Source: Candidatus Parcubacteria bacterium
GTDB lineage: Bacteria; Patescibacteriota; Patescibacteriia; UBA1558; GWA2-36-10
Direction of reading: 5' to 3'
Assembly: GCA_018669975.1 (NCBI GenBank)
Contig: JABHSK010000007.1
Location: 128,390-192,389 of the forward strand
Length of the DNA stretch: 64,000 nucleotides
The notes under the pieces were generated by a model, which made no database searches, was not told where the DNA came from, and worked only from the letters and a program-made list of their open reading frames with translations. Positions 9,541 through 19,921 of the stretch are shown piece after piece (positions within the stretch are counted from its first letter, which is position 1; each line of letters begins with the position of its first letter). The translations under genes and the position numbers were made by a program.

Positions 9541-10625
9541 TGAAAAAAACTTTATTATTAACACATGAATATTATCCTTTTAAGGGTGGAGTAGCGCGTT
9601 ATTGCTATAACATGTTTAAGTTTTTTGATAAGGATGATTATCTAGTAGTTACAGATCATCCAGAAGTAAAAACGCAGGACAATATTATTAATGTTCGACT
9701 GACTCATAAATTTATTAAGCCTAGTTGGTTATTTAGTTTTTGGAAAATCAGAAAAATAATCAAAGATAATGATATTGAGCAGATATTCACACCGAATATT
9801 TTACCACTTGGCTCTATGGCTCATTGGTTGGGTGTGCCATATATAATTTCTTTGCATGGTTTGGATATTAATTTAGCTTTGAAAAATAAGCCAAGGTTAA
9901 CAGCTAAAATACTTAGTAGGGCTGACAAGATAATCGTTAACACAAAGAATACAGCTAAGTTGATTTCTCATCTTAAATTTCCGCAGGATAAAATACGCTT
10001 GGTATATCCCAGTCTTGATTTTAATGCTAGTCATAATCCCGATAAACTACTCAAGATAAAACAATCATTAAATATTGAATCGGGGGATAAAATTTTGTTG
10101 ACAGTAGGTCGTTTAAATAGACGCAAGGGGCAAGACATTGTTATCCGAGCCGTTAATCAACTTAAGAAAGAATTGAATCTCAAATATATCATTGTTGGTA
10201 GCGGTGATTTTAAAAAAGAATTACTGCTTTTGATTAGAAAATACCAATTACAAGATAGGGTTTTTATTTATAGTGGAGTAGAGGATGAGGATTTAATTTG
10301 TTATTATAAGCTAGCTGATATTTTCGTTATGCCTAATCGTCATGATAAGACTGACATTGAAGGTTTTGGAGTAGTTTTTTTAGAAGCAGCTAGATTGAGC
10401 ATACCGATTATAGGAGGAAATAGTGGTGGGGTAACAGAGCTTTTTACTCATGAAAAGAACGCTCTATTAGTAAATAATGAGAATGTAGACCAATTAATTG
10501 AGTATATTAAGCGCTTATTGAATAATCCTGAAGAAGCTGATAAACTAGCCAAAAGGGCTTTTGCTAGATCTCAAGATTTTGCTGATGCACAGGAACAAAG
10601 TCTACTTTTAAGTAAAGTATTATGA
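9540..10625 (+). CDS. Glycosyltransferase family 4
   Basis: VGRL..RKGQD, EGFGVVFLEA. Confidence 0.9.
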   Translation: MKKTLLLTHEYYPFKGGVARYCYNMFKFFDKDDYLVVTDHPEVKTQDNIINVRLTHKFIKPSWLFSFWKIRKIIKDNDIEQIFTPNILPLGSMAHWLGVPYIISLHGLDINLALKNKPRLTAKILSRADKIIVNTKNTAKLISHLKFPQDKIRLVYPSLDFNASHNPDKLLKIKQSLNIESGDKILLTVGRLNRRKGQDIVIRAVNQLKKELNLKYIIVGSGDFKKELLLLIRKYQLQDRVFIYSGVEDEDLICYYKLADIFVMPNRHDKTDIEGFGVVFLEAARLSIPIIGGNSGGVTELFTHEKNALLVNNENVDQLIEYIKRLLNNPEEADKLAKRAFARSQDFADAQEQSLLLSKVL

Positions 10626-11791
10626 AAAAATTTGATGTTATAATGTTTAACATGTCCAACTATTCCGAATGGGATGAGGGTGTTTCTAATAGAAATTTTC
10701 ATGTTTTAAAACAACTAGAGAATAGGCCAGAGGTTGGTAAAATATTAGCAATTGATTATCTACCATTAACCTTTAAGCGAGCATTGAGAAATTACAAGGA
10801 GGATTTGGTGCTCAATGTTGCGGATAGCAAGGTTATTAAGCGTAGTTTAACTTCAAAGGTCAGTAAGGTTTCTGATAAAATTTATATTTATTCAGATGTT
10901 AATTTTTTTATTCGACCAAAAGTAGCCATGAAAGAGATTAAAAAGATGGCTTTGGAATTAAATTTTGGTGATTTAGTAGTTTGGTCCTTTTTCCCTTTTG
11001 CAGCTCCCTATTGGGATACGCTAGGGCAGAAGTTGACTATTTTTGATGCCGTAGATAATTGGACACTGCACTCTTCTTATGCCAAACAAAAAAAGAAGTT
11101 GGAGGCAGCCTATGAAAATATTAAAGATTCAACAGATTTGATTTTTGTAGTTTCTAAAAACTTATTAAACTTTTTTGATGACCAGCCAAATGTTTATTGG
11201 GTTCCAAATGGTGTAGATATAAAACACTATAATAAGAAGTTTACTTTAATAAATAGAGATGTGTCAGATATTCCTAAGCCAATCATCGGCTACATTGGTG
11301 TTATTCAGGATAAAGTAGATCTTAAATTAGTTAAATATTTAGCTGAAAACAATCCTGATAAATCATTAGTCATGGTGGGACCCGTTTGGAATGAACAGGA
11401 TAAATTTAAAATAGAATTAGAAGGTCTGTCTAATGTATACTTTTTAGGTTATAAAAAATATGAAAATGCACCAATGTATATTCAGCAATTTGATATTGGT
11501 ATTATTCCTCATAAGACAGAAGGTTTTAGTGCCAGCACCAATCCAATGAAGGCTTATGAGTATTTGGCCTGTGGTAAGCCTGTGGTAGCTACAAAAAATA
11601 TTGGTGTTGATAATGTCCGAGAAATGGTTAATACAGCTGCTAGCTATGAAGAATTTAATCAGCAGGTTAACGAGTTGTTAGCAGAAGACAATGAGGAGAA
11701 TCAGCAGACACGAAAAGATTTCATCAAAAAGCATTCATGGTTTAATACGGTTAATAAAATGTTAGAATTAATAAATAATAAGTTGAACTAA
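10622..11791 (+). CDS. GT-B glycosyltransferase (GT4, TuaH-like)
   Basis: VPNGVD, PMKAYEYLACGKPVV. Confidence 0.85.
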   Translation: MKKFDVIMFNMSNYSEWDEGVSNRNFHVLKQLENRPEVGKILAIDYLPLTFKRALRNYKEDLVLNVADSKVIKRSLTSKVSKVSDKIYIYSDVNFFIRPKVAMKEIKKMALELNFGDLVVWSFFPFAAPYWDTLGQKLTIFDAVDNWTLHSSYAKQKKKLEAAYENIKDSTDLIFVVSKNLLNFFDDQPNVYWVPNGVDIKHYNKKFTLINRDVSDIPKPIIGYIGVIQDKVDLKLVKYLAENNPDKSLVMVGPVWNEQDKFKIELEGLSNVYFLGYKKYENAPMYIQQFDIGIIPHKTEGFSASTNPMKAYEYLACGKPVVATKNIGVDNVREMVNTAASYEEFNQQVNELLAEDNEENQQTRKDFIKKHSWFNTVNKMLELINNKLN

Positions 11792-11793
11792 TT

Positions 11794-12663
11794 ATGTCCA
11801 GTAAACCGGAAGTATCAGTTATTATTGTCAATTGGAAAGTAAGACCACTTTTAGAAAAGTGTCTAGATTCTATTATCGCTAACAGCGAGGGTGTTGATAT
11901 AGAGATTATTTTAGTTGATAATGATTCTCGTGATGGTACTTCAGAAATGGTTATGGCAGAGTACCCACAGGTGAGGATGATTGCTTTGCCTAGAAATCAT
12001 GGCTTTGCCGCCGCTAATAATTTAGCTTTAAAACAAGCACGAGGAAAATATTTATTCTTACTTAATCCTGATACACGAGTAACACCAGAGTTTTTTCCTA
12101 AAATGTTAACTTATTTAAAAGAACATCCAGATGTTGGCATTGTGGGACCAAAGATACTTAATTTTGATAGATCCTTACAATTATCAGTTAGAAGGTTTCC
12201 TGACTTATTGTCACAAATATTGATTCTACTTAAGTTGAAGAATGTGATGGTAGATAATAAGTTTTTGGCACATTATTTGTTTGGTGATTTTGATTATGAA
12301 AAAGAACAACCCGTTGATCAAATAATGGGCGCGGCTATGCTTATACGTCGTGAAGTGTTGGATGAGGTAGGTGTATTTGACCAAAAGTTTTTTATCTGGT
12401 TTGAGGAAGTGGATATTTGTAAACGGGCACACAAAGCAGGTTTTGTGGTGCAGTATTATCCAGGAGTACAGATAATTCATTATGGTGGTTCCAGTTTTAG
12501 TAAGCAGATGATACTATGGAAACAAATAGTTTTTAATAAAAGTTTATTATATTATTTTTGGAAGCATAAACCAATCTGGCAATGGTTTATATTGTTATTG
12601 TTTGCGCCAATAAATCTAGTCTTGACCCTTTTGTATGTCATTTTCCTCGAAAGCAAAAATTAA
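11794..12663 (+). CDS. Glycosyltransferase family 2 (WbbL-like)
   Basis: VDNDSRDG, GFAAANN, LLNPD, FEEVD. Confidence 0.9.
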   Translation: MSSKPEVSVIIVNWKVRPLLEKCLDSIIANSEGVDIEIILVDNDSRDGTSEMVMAEYPQVRMIALPRNHGFAAANNLALKQARGKYLFLLNPDTRVTPEFFPKMLTYLKEHPDVGIVGPKILNFDRSLQLSVRRFPDLLSQILILLKLKNVMVDNKFLAHYLFGDFDYEKEQPVDQIMGAAMLIRREVLDEVGVFDQKFFIWFEEVDICKRAHKAGFVVQYYPGVQIIHYGGSSFSKQMILWKQIVFNKSLLYYFWKHKPIWQWFILLLFAPINLVLTLLYVIFLESKN

Positions 12664-14083
12664 TTATACATTTCGTATTTGTGTATCTATCTTTTTGGTA
12701 GCTGAGTTGTTGTCTTGGCTATCTTTTAATTTCACTACTTTAAATATTATAATTTTACCAGCCATTGCTGCACTGGTGATTTTGTTAGTAATAAGAGATC
12801 CTATTTATGCCCTGTATCTGCCAGCTGCAGAATTATTTTGGGGATCTTTGGGTCATAGTTTTTATTATGATTTTTGGAGTATCCGTTTGGTTATTTTTGT
12901 GGCAGTAATTTTTGCATTTTTTTTAGGTAATTTATTTAACATAAAAAAATTAGCCATAAAAAGAGATGTAAAAGTCTTATTAATCTGGTTGGTATTACTA
13001 CTTTTGATAATATTGTCTGGTGCATCAGCATATTTTGCTAATCGTGATACGGCTAAAATATTTTTTGATGGCAATGCTTATTTTTATTTATTATATCTAC
13101 CTATTTGGTATCAAGTTTACCAAACTAGACACCTGCGCAACATTATAGACATGCTTCAAGCAGCAGCCTTGGTGATAGCCGTTAAGACCTTGGTTGTTTT
13201 CAATTTGTTTTCACAAGGTTATCAGATATTAGATTTGGATTTTATTTATAAATGGATTCGTGATACCAGGACAGGAGAAATTACACCTTTTAGTAATAAT
13301 TTTACTAGAGTGTTTATGCAATCACAAATATATTTATTGGCAGCTTGGTTTTTTGCTTTTATAAGACAACTAAAAGAATATAAGAGTTGGTCTAATTTTA
13401 TTTATTTAGGTGTTTTGGCAGCTGCTTTGTTGGTTAGCTTGTCTAGAAGTTTTTGGCTTGGTGGAGTCTTAGGATTTATATTTTTGCTTGTTAATATAAT
13501 TATTTATCAACGTCGTAATTTATCAGGCTTGATTTACCTGACTATTTTAGGTGTAGTGGCGGTTGGCTTTTTAACAGTACAAATATTTTTCAATTTACCC
13601 AAGTGGAATTCGTTTAATATTGTAGAGCAGAGGACTGTAGATACCACAGAGGCGGCAGCTAATAGTCGTATGAATCTTCTACCAGTTATGTGGCAGGCTG
13701 TTCAAGAAAAACCTATTATGGGCCATGGTTTGGCCAAGGAATTATCTTACCGTTCATCTGATCCACGTATTAAAAATGAAGAAAATCCTGATGGTTGGCA
13801 CACAACCTACGCTTTTGAATGGGGTTGGCTAGATCAGTGGTTAAAGATGGGTATTTTCTTTATAGCTGTGTTGATGGCCTGGGTTTTGCTAATTTATGCG
13901 AGAAGTTATAGACTGTTAATACAGGACCCTGTGCTAGGATTGGGCGTTTTAGCTATTATGACTAGCTTAGGCATTGTTCATATTTTTTCACCATATTTAA
14001 ATCATCCCCTAGGTTTGGGATTATTAATGTTAATGACAGTAATAATTAGTAAAAATGAAAGACAAAGTTTCAGTTACCGTTAG
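12635..14083 (+). CDS. O-antigen ligase/polymerase-like membrane protein
   Basis: Multi-TM; SLSRSFWLG, KPIMGHG. Confidence 0.75.
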   Translation: MSFSSKAKINYTFRICVSIFLVAELLSWLSFNFTTLNIIILPAIAALVILLVIRDPIYALYLPAAELFWGSLGHSFYYDFWSIRLVIFVAVIFAFFLGNLFNIKKLAIKRDVKVLLIWLVLLLLIILSGASAYFANRDTAKIFFDGNAYFYLLYLPIWYQVYQTRHLRNIIDMLQAAALVIAVKTLVVFNLFSQGYQILDLDFIYKWIRDTRTGEITPFSNNFTRVFMQSQIYLLAAWFFAFIRQLKEYKSWSNFIYLGVLAAALLVSLSRSFWLGGVLGFIFLLVNIIIYQRRNLSGLIYLTILGVVAVGFLTVQIFFNLPKWNSFNIVEQRTVDTTEAAANSRMNLLPVMWQAVQEKPIMGHGLAKELSYRSSDPRIKNEENPDGWHTTYAFEWGWLDQWLKMGIFFIAVLMAWVLLIYARSYRLLIQDPVLGLGVLAIMTSLGIVHIFSPYLNHPLGLGLLMLMTVIISKNERQSFSYR

Positions 14084-15050
14084 TTTGCTCACTTGGAATG
14101 GAGCAGAGTATTTACCCTGGTTTATAAAGAGTCTTAAAGAGCAGACTTTTAAAAACTGGGAACTTTTGGTATTGGATAATGACTCTTCTGATAGGTCTGT
14201 GGAAATAGTACGAGAGCACTATCCTCAGGCTAGAATAATCCAACAGAAACAAAACATAGGCTTTGCTAGGGGGCATAATTTACTAATTAATTGGTCTGAC
14301 TCCAAGTATGTTTTTGTAGTTAATCAGGATATAATTTTGGAGGAGGATTACCTAGAAAAAGTAGTTGGCTTTTTAGAAAAAAATAATAAAGCTGCTAGTG
14401 CTGCTGGTAAGACGATGTATTGGGATTTTAGAGAGGGACTTAAGAGTAAACGAATTGATTCTTTTGGATTATCCATAAATCGTAAAAGGCAGATGATGGA
14501 TAGTTATCAGGGTAAAGATGATTTTGATTTACCTAACACTGAGGTATTTGGTTTGTCTGGAGCAACAGTAGTATATAGACGTAAAGCTTTAGATATGGTT
14601 GTTACGGCTCAGGCTAGTAACCATTTAGAATATTTTGATGAAGATTTTTTTTCATATAAAGAGGACGTAGATTTAGCCTGGCGTTTGCGTTTAGCTGGTT
14701 GGGAAAATTGGCTAGTGACTGACACTAAGGCTTATCATCATCGTACTGTCAGTGGTCTTGGATCAGCTCGGCAAAAAAGACAGGGTCGTGGCATGGCCAA
14801 CAAACTTTCTTATCGTAACCACCTGATGACTTTGTATAAAAATTCTTTTTATAAAAATTTATTTAGAGATTTTTGGGTGATTAAATGGTATGAGTTTAAA
14901 AAATTTATTTATTTATTAATATTTGAAAGAGGTACTTTAGCGGGTATTGGTGAATATTTTAAAGCCTATCCAAAATTAAAAAAGAAAAGAAAATTTATAA
15001 TGAAGCATCGTAAAGTGGAGGCCAGTGATGTTTACAAATGGTTTAAATAG
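14055..15050 (+). CDS. Glycosyltransferase family 2
   Basis: LDNDSSD, GFARGHN, YKEDVDLAWR. Confidence 0.9.
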   Translation: MKDKVSVTVSLLTWNGAEYLPWFIKSLKEQTFKNWELLVLDNDSSDRSVEIVREHYPQARIIQQKQNIGFARGHNLLINWSDSKYVFVVNQDIILEEDYLEKVVGFLEKNNKAASAAGKTMYWDFREGLKSKRIDSFGLSINRKRQMMDSYQGKDDFDLPNTEVFGLSGATVVYRRKALDMVVTAQASNHLEYFDEDFFSYKEDVDLAWRLRLAGWENWLVTDTKAYHHRTVSGLGSARQKRQGRGMANKLSYRNHLMTLYKNSFYKNLFRDFWVIKWYEFKKFIYLLIFERGTLAGIGEYFKAYPKLKKKRKFIMKHRKVEASDVYKWFK

Positions 15051-15051
15051 T

Positions 15052-15855
15052 ATGGATTTATCAATAATTATATTAAATTATCATAATAAGAACTTAACTA
15101 AAGAACTGCTTAAGAATTTAGTAGAGTTAAATTTGCCCTATAATTATGAAACTATTGTGGTAGACAATAATTCTCATGATGGAATAGAGGAAGTAGTTAA
15201 GCGGTTTGATGGGGTTATATTTATTCAAAGTAAAAAAAACGGTGGCTTTGCCCATGGGAATAATTTAGGCATCAAACAAGCTCAGGGTAAATATATCATG
15301 ATAATGAATCCAGACTTGGCTATTTTGTCAGATGCTATTGATCAATTATATAATTATATGGAGGAGCATCCAGAGGTTGGTCTAGCAGGACCACGTTTGA
15401 TAAATGCTGATAAAAGTGTGCAATATTCTTGCACATCTTTCCCCGATTGGCGCTTACCAATGTATCGTCGTACTTCTTTGGCTAATACTAAGACTGGAAA
15501 AAAATGGTTATATAAATACCTAATGAAAGATTTTGATCATTATAAGAATGATTATGTGCCAGCTTTATTTGGGGCCTGTTTAATATTTAGAAAATCTACT
15601 TTAGCCAAGGTAGGATTATTAGACGAAAGATACTTTATGTACATGGAGGATTTAGATTGGTCACGGCGTTTTTGGCAGGCTGGTTATAAAGTGGCCTATG
15701 TAGGTCAGGCAGAAATCATTCACTTGCACCGTCGTCAGTCAGCAGCTGAGAGTTTACCTAGAACGCTGTTAGCTAAATCTGCTCGGCATCACGTAATTAG
15801 TTTTATTAAATATTTATTAAAATTTAAAGGTAAGGATTTGCCAGAAGCAAAATAA
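15052..15855 (+). CDS. Glycosyltransferase family 2
   Basis: VDNNSHD, GFAHGNN, YMEDLDW; start placed at ATG 15052. Confidence 0.9.
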   Translation: MDLSIIILNYHNKNLTKELLKNLVELNLPYNYETIVVDNNSHDGIEEVVKRFDGVIFIQSKKNGGFAHGNNLGIKQAQGKYIMIMNPDLAILSDAIDQLYNYMEEHPEVGLAGPRLINADKSVQYSCTSFPDWRLPMYRRTSLANTKTGKKWLYKYLMKDFDHYKNDYVPALFGACLIFRKSTLAKVGLLDERYFMYMEDLDWSRRFWQAGYKVAYVGQAEIIHLHRRQSAAESLPRTLLAKSARHHVISFIKYLLKFKGKDLPEAK

Positions 15856-15858
15856 AAG

Positions 15859-15879
15859 GCCCCGCACTAAGTGCGGGGC
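15859..15879 (+). terminator. Terminator hairpin after glycan cluster
   Basis: GCCCCGCAC-TAA-GTGCGGGGC. Confidence 0.75.
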
Positions 15880-15924
15880 TGTTTTAATTTCTGCCAAATA
15901 ATAATTACTATTAGTTTAAAAAAG

Positions 15925-15951
15925 AAAAACCCCCTCACTTTGTGAGGGGGT
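15925..15951 (-). terminator. Terminator of minus-strand orphan pair
   Basis: ACCCCCTCAC/GTGAGGGGGT with T-run on - strand. Confidence 0.75.
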
Positions 15952-15964
15952 CGCCCTTGATGGG

Positions 15965-16396
15965 CTAGGAGGTGGAACTTGTTGTCCGTTGTTTGCGTCT
16001 AGCAAAGAGCTTGCGGAGCAGCCAAATGACCACGATCAGTACCAAGACGAATTTGGCTAGTGCCCAGAGATCCCAGATGAATCGCATGCTAAAGAGATAG
16101 CCGAAGAATGATTTGATTTTGGGGATAGGATCCACAAAGCCATGGTTCTTCTGGTAGACTTCATCTGGAGTCATAAAGGTTAGTGAGTCAACGGGCACTT
16201 CGCGCGTATCTTCGAAGTAGCGGAATTGTCCGTTGTCGCTCTGCGTCCAACGCAGCACTTTCCAGTATTTGGATCCTTGAGCGTTAGTTCGTTCGATGCA
16301 GGGGACTTCACGATAAGTAATGATCTTGGCCATACAGCTGGAGCTGATGGCCAGCAGCGTTAGGACTGCGACCAGTATCAGGGCCAGCTTTTTCAT
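15965..16396 (-). CDS. Hypothetical exported protein with C-terminal TM helix
   Basis: Signal-peptide-like N-terminus, AGGAG SD, GC-richer than host. Confidence 0.7.
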   Translation of the reverse strand: MKKLALILVAVLTLLAISSSCMAKIITYREVPCIERTNAQGSKYWKVLRWTQSDNGQFRYFEDTREVPVDSLTFMTPDEVYQKNHGFVDPIPKIKSFFGYLFSMRFIWDLWALAKFVLVLIVVIWLLRKLFARRKQRTTSSTS

Positions 16397-16398
16397 AT

Positions 16399-16587
16399 TC
16401 AGTCTCCTTTTGGGTGTTGGATAGTTACCTTTCCGGTCAGCGTCATGCTGACAAAAGGACCAAACAGCTCGTTACTCACGCAATTGACGCAAGCGCCAAT
16501 AACACGCTTGAATTGATAGAGGTATATAGTGCTGAGGGTCAGTACAAGCAGCAGTAAGGGGAGTGCGATTTTCAGTGTGAGTTCCAT
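16399..16587 (-). CDS. Hypothetical small membrane protein (CxxC)
   Basis: AAGGAG SD before ATG 16587. Confidence 0.55.
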   Translation of the reverse strand: MELTLKIALPLLLLVLTLSTIYLYQFKRVIGACVNCVSNELFGPFVSMTLTGKVTIQHPKGD

Positions 16588-16655
16588 GAGTACTCCTTTG
16601 TTAATGTTCATTGCACTGTTGTAGTGCTAATTGACTATTTGGAAGTCAATATATA

Positions 16656-16684
16656 ATTATAGCATATTTTATGCATTTTGTCAA
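16656..16684 (-). promoter_or_regulatory. Consensus sigma70 promoter
   Basis: TTGACA-17-TATAAT with TG extension. Confidence 0.8.
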
Positions 16685-16752
16685 TATTCTTAGGTTTTAA
16701 GATAAAAAAACTCCTCGTTAGCATAACAAGGAGTAATAGCCATTAAACGGGC

Positions 16753-16938
16753 TTATTTTGTCTGTTTAGGCCTTTTCCTGAAGATCAGGTAAAAGGTTCC
16801 CAGGCCAGCTAGGATAAAGCCCATGCCAGGCAAAATAACGTTTAGGCGGCCAGTGAAATAGCCAAGAACTATGCAGAGGATTACCCAACTAATGATGACC
16901 CAAGGTATGTCTTTTGGTTTGATTTTTATATAAATCAT
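16753..16938 (-). CDS. Hypothetical 2-TM small protein
   Basis: Own TTGACA promoter near 17.01 kb and own terminator at 16704-16734. Confidence 0.55.
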   Translation of the reverse strand: MIYIKIKPKDIPWVIISWVILCIVLGYFTGRLNVILPGMGFILAGLGTFYLIFRKRPKQTK

Positions 16939-17088
16939 AACCAGACCTTTCGCTGAAGAAAATAGAAAAAACAAGTGAACAGTAGTTTTTAACATGTTTT
17001 GTTGATTTTGTCAATTATCAGGCTGATATCAACATTGATTTTTAGTTCAAAATTGGGTATTATTAGTCTATAAATTTATAAAAATAAT

Positions 17089-18588
17089 ATGGAGAAAAAT
17101 CAAAAATCAGAGATTGATATCAATGATGAATATCAACAACGTTTAGCTAAGTTAGCAAGTCTAAAAAAACAGGGCATAGACCCATATCCAGCTAGGACAA
17201 ATAAAAATACAACAGTAGCTGATTTTTTGAATGATTTTGATAAGTTATTCAAAAGTCAAAAAGTAATAATTGTAGCTGGGCGCATTACTAGTTTAAGGAT
17301 GCAGGGTGGTTCTTGTTTTTTGAATATTGAAGATTATTCTGGTAAAGTGCAGATTTTTTTACGAAAAGATCAGGTTGGCGCAGAGGAGTATAAAATTTTC
17401 AAAGAAAATTACGATTTAGGAGATTTTGTAGAATTTTCTGGCAAAGCTTTTGAGACCAGGACTAAAGAGCCAACTTTATTGGCAGACAAGTTTATTATTT
17501 TAAGTAAAACTTTATTGCCGCTGCCAGATCAATACTATGGCCTTAAGGACCCAGATCTAAGATATAGAAAAAGATATTTAGATTTACTGATTAATCCAGA
17601 GGTCAAGCAGACTTTTGCTTTGCGTAGTCAAATTATAAAATTAACTAGACAGTATTTTGACAAACACGATTTCATGGAGGTTGATACTCCGGTTTTGCAG
17701 AGTGTAGCTGGGGGGGCCACTGCCCAACCATTTGTTACTCATCACAATGCTTTGGATATGGATTTGTATTTGCGAGTGGCTCCTGAGCTTTATTTGAAAC
17801 GTTTGATTATTGGTGGTTATGATAAAGTTTATGAGATTGCCAGGTGTTTCCGTAATGAAGGTATCGATCATCAACATAATCCAGAGTTTACTCAAATTGA
17901 AGCTTATTGGGCATATCAGGATTATGATTTCTTGATGAAGTTTACGGAAAACTTTTTTGAATTTTTAGTTAAAGAAATTAACAACGGGGATACTAAAATT
18001 AAGAATGGTAAAGATACTATAGACTTTAAGACTCCTTATCCACGTTTAGATTTCAAAGAAGAGCTAGATAAAGCACTGAAGATTGATCTAGATAAGACTA
18101 ATGACAAGGATTTGATAGCTATAGCCAAGAAAGCTAAATTACCAGTAGACTCGACTTGGGGTCGGGGTAAGCTTTTGGATGAGTTGTATAAAAAATTTGT
18201 ACGCTTAAAAATTACTCAGCCAGCTTTTATTATCAATCATCCTTTAGAGCTTTCGCCACTATCTAAAAAGATTCCAGATAGAGAGAATTATGTAGAAAGG
18301 TTTCAATTGGTAGTGAAAACAGCTGAAATGTGTAATGCTTTTTCTGAGCTTAATGATGCACTAGATCAAGAAGAGCGTTTTGTAGAGCAAAAAAAACTAC
18401 GTGAAGCTGGTGATGAGGAAGCTCAGGGTGCTGACGCTGAATTTGTTGAAGCACTCAAACATGGCATGCCACCAACAGCTGGAATTGGTATTGGTATAGA
18501 CAGGCTGGTAATGATGTTGGGTGACATAGAAAACATCAAGGAAGTTATTTTATTCCCAACTATGAGACCAAAGAATGAAGATAAATAA
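17089..18588 (+). CDS. lysS: Lysine--tRNA ligase (class II)
   Basis: YLRVAPELYLKRL, FRNEG, HNPEFT, GIGIDRL. Confidence 0.97.
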   Translation: MEKNQKSEIDINDEYQQRLAKLASLKKQGIDPYPARTNKNTTVADFLNDFDKLFKSQKVIIVAGRITSLRMQGGSCFLNIEDYSGKVQIFLRKDQVGAEEYKIFKENYDLGDFVEFSGKAFETRTKEPTLLADKFIILSKTLLPLPDQYYGLKDPDLRYRKRYLDLLINPEVKQTFALRSQIIKLTRQYFDKHDFMEVDTPVLQSVAGGATAQPFVTHHNALDMDLYLRVAPELYLKRLIIGGYDKVYEIARCFRNEGIDHQHNPEFTQIEAYWAYQDYDFLMKFTENFFEFLVKEINNGDTKIKNGKDTIDFKTPYPRLDFKEELDKALKIDLDKTNDKDLIAIAKKAKLPVDSTWGRGKLLDELYKKFVRLKITQPAFIINHPLELSPLSKKIPDRENYVERFQLVVKTAEMCNAFSELNDALDQEERFVEQKKLREAGDEEAQGADAEFVEALKHGMPPTAGIGIGIDRLVMMLGDIENIKEVILFPTMRPKNEDK

Positions 18589-19177
18589 ACTTTTAGTAGC
18601 TACTCATAATCCTGGAAAGTTTGTCGAAATAAAACGACAACTAACTGATTTGGGCATAGAGGTTGTTTCACTTAAGGATGTCGGGATCGATCAGGACTTT
18701 GAAGAGACCGGTAATACTTTTGAAGACAATGCACGTGGTAAGGCTAGATTTTATTATAAATTGGCAGGCATACCAACCATAGCGGATGATTCTGGATTAG
18801 AGGTGGATGCTTTGGGTGGAGAACCCGGAGTGAAATCACGCCGTTGGCCTGGTTATGAAGCTGGAGATCAAGAGTTGTTAGATCTGTTAGTTAATAAATT
18901 AAAAGGTGTGCCTTGGGAAAAGAGAACGGCTACCTTTATAGCTACTGCAGTGATTATTGATGGTGATAAAGAAATAGTAACTAGAGGGGAGAACAGGGGT
19001 AAAATTGGCTTAAAGTTAGCTTGTCCAATAAAACCAGGGATACCGTGGGCTTCAATATTTTATCCAGAGGGGCACGATAAGGTTTTCTCTCAATTAAGTA
19101 TTGATGATAAAAATAAAATTAGCCATCGCGGCAAAGCATTAAATAAAGTAATTAAAGAATTAAAAGAAAATGATTAA
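18575..19177 (+). CDS. rdgB: Non-canonical purine NTP pyrophosphatase (Ham1/RdgB)
   Basis: ATHNPGK, ADDSGL, PGVKS, SHRGKA. Confidence 0.92.
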   Translation: MKINKLLVATHNPGKFVEIKRQLTDLGIEVVSLKDVGIDQDFEETGNTFEDNARGKARFYYKLAGIPTIADDSGLEVDALGGEPGVKSRRWPGYEAGDQELLDLLVNKLKGVPWEKRTATFIATAVIIDGDKEIVTRGENRGKIGLKLACPIKPGIPWASIFYPEGHDKVFSQLSIDDKNKISHRGKALNKVIKELKEND

Positions 19178-19919
19178 AAAACTATTTTTATTGACCGCTC
19201 TAGTATTCATTTTTAGCGGTTGTAGTGCAACTCAACAAACAAAGGTGACAGAGGATTGTCGATCAATTACCAACTTAGATCAATGTGTAGAGTCGGATTG
19301 TGTGGTTTGTCCACCATGCGCGGCTTGTAGTTCGCTTAGTTGTCAAACAGAGGAGTTTTGTGCGGATTTAGGTCCAGGTTTCGATAATGAATGGTATAAA
19401 AATATTCAACAAAATATAATTGATACAAATAAAACAATGGATGCAATAATTAAAACCAATAAAGGGGATATTAAGATTGAGCTTCATGCTGGTAAAACCC
19501 CAAAGACAGTAGACAATTTTGTTAAATTGTCAAAGGAAGGATTTTACGATGGTATTTATTTTCATCGAGTAATTCCTGATTTTATGATTCAAACTGGAGA
19601 CCCTCAAGCTAAAGGTACCCCAGGAGTAGATTTTTCATTTGAACGGGATGGTAGTGGTTTACCTATAGCTGGCACCGGTGGACCTGGTTATAAATTTGCT
19701 GATGAATTTCAGCCTGATCTTAAACACGATGTTCCGGGTATAGTTTCAATGGCTAACTCAGGTCCAGGTACCAATGGTTCGCAATTTTTCATTACTCACG
19801 TGGCTACACCTTGGTTAGACAATATGCACACTGTCTTCGGTAGAGTGCTAGAAGGACAGGATATAGTAGATAGTATTGTTCAAGGTGATAAAATAGAAGG
19901 TATTATCATTAATGAATAA
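19170..19919 (+). CDS. Cyclophilin PPIase with lipoprotein signal and Cys-rich N-terminal module
   Basis: FSGC lipobox; [32 protein letters not shown]. Confidence 0.9.
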   Translation: MIKKLFLLTALVFIFSGCSATQQTKVTEDCRSITNLDQCVESDCVVCPPCAACSSLSCQTEEFCADLGPGFDNEWYKNIQQNIIDTNKTMDAIIKTNKGDIKIELHAGKTPKTVDNFVKLSKEGFYDGIYFHRVIPDFMIQTGDPQAKGTPGVDFSFERDGSGLPIAGTGGPGYKFADEFQPDLKHDVPGIVSMANSGPGTNGSQFFITHVATPWLDNMHTVFGRVLEGQDIVDSIVQGDKIEGIIINE

Positions 19920-19921
19920 TT

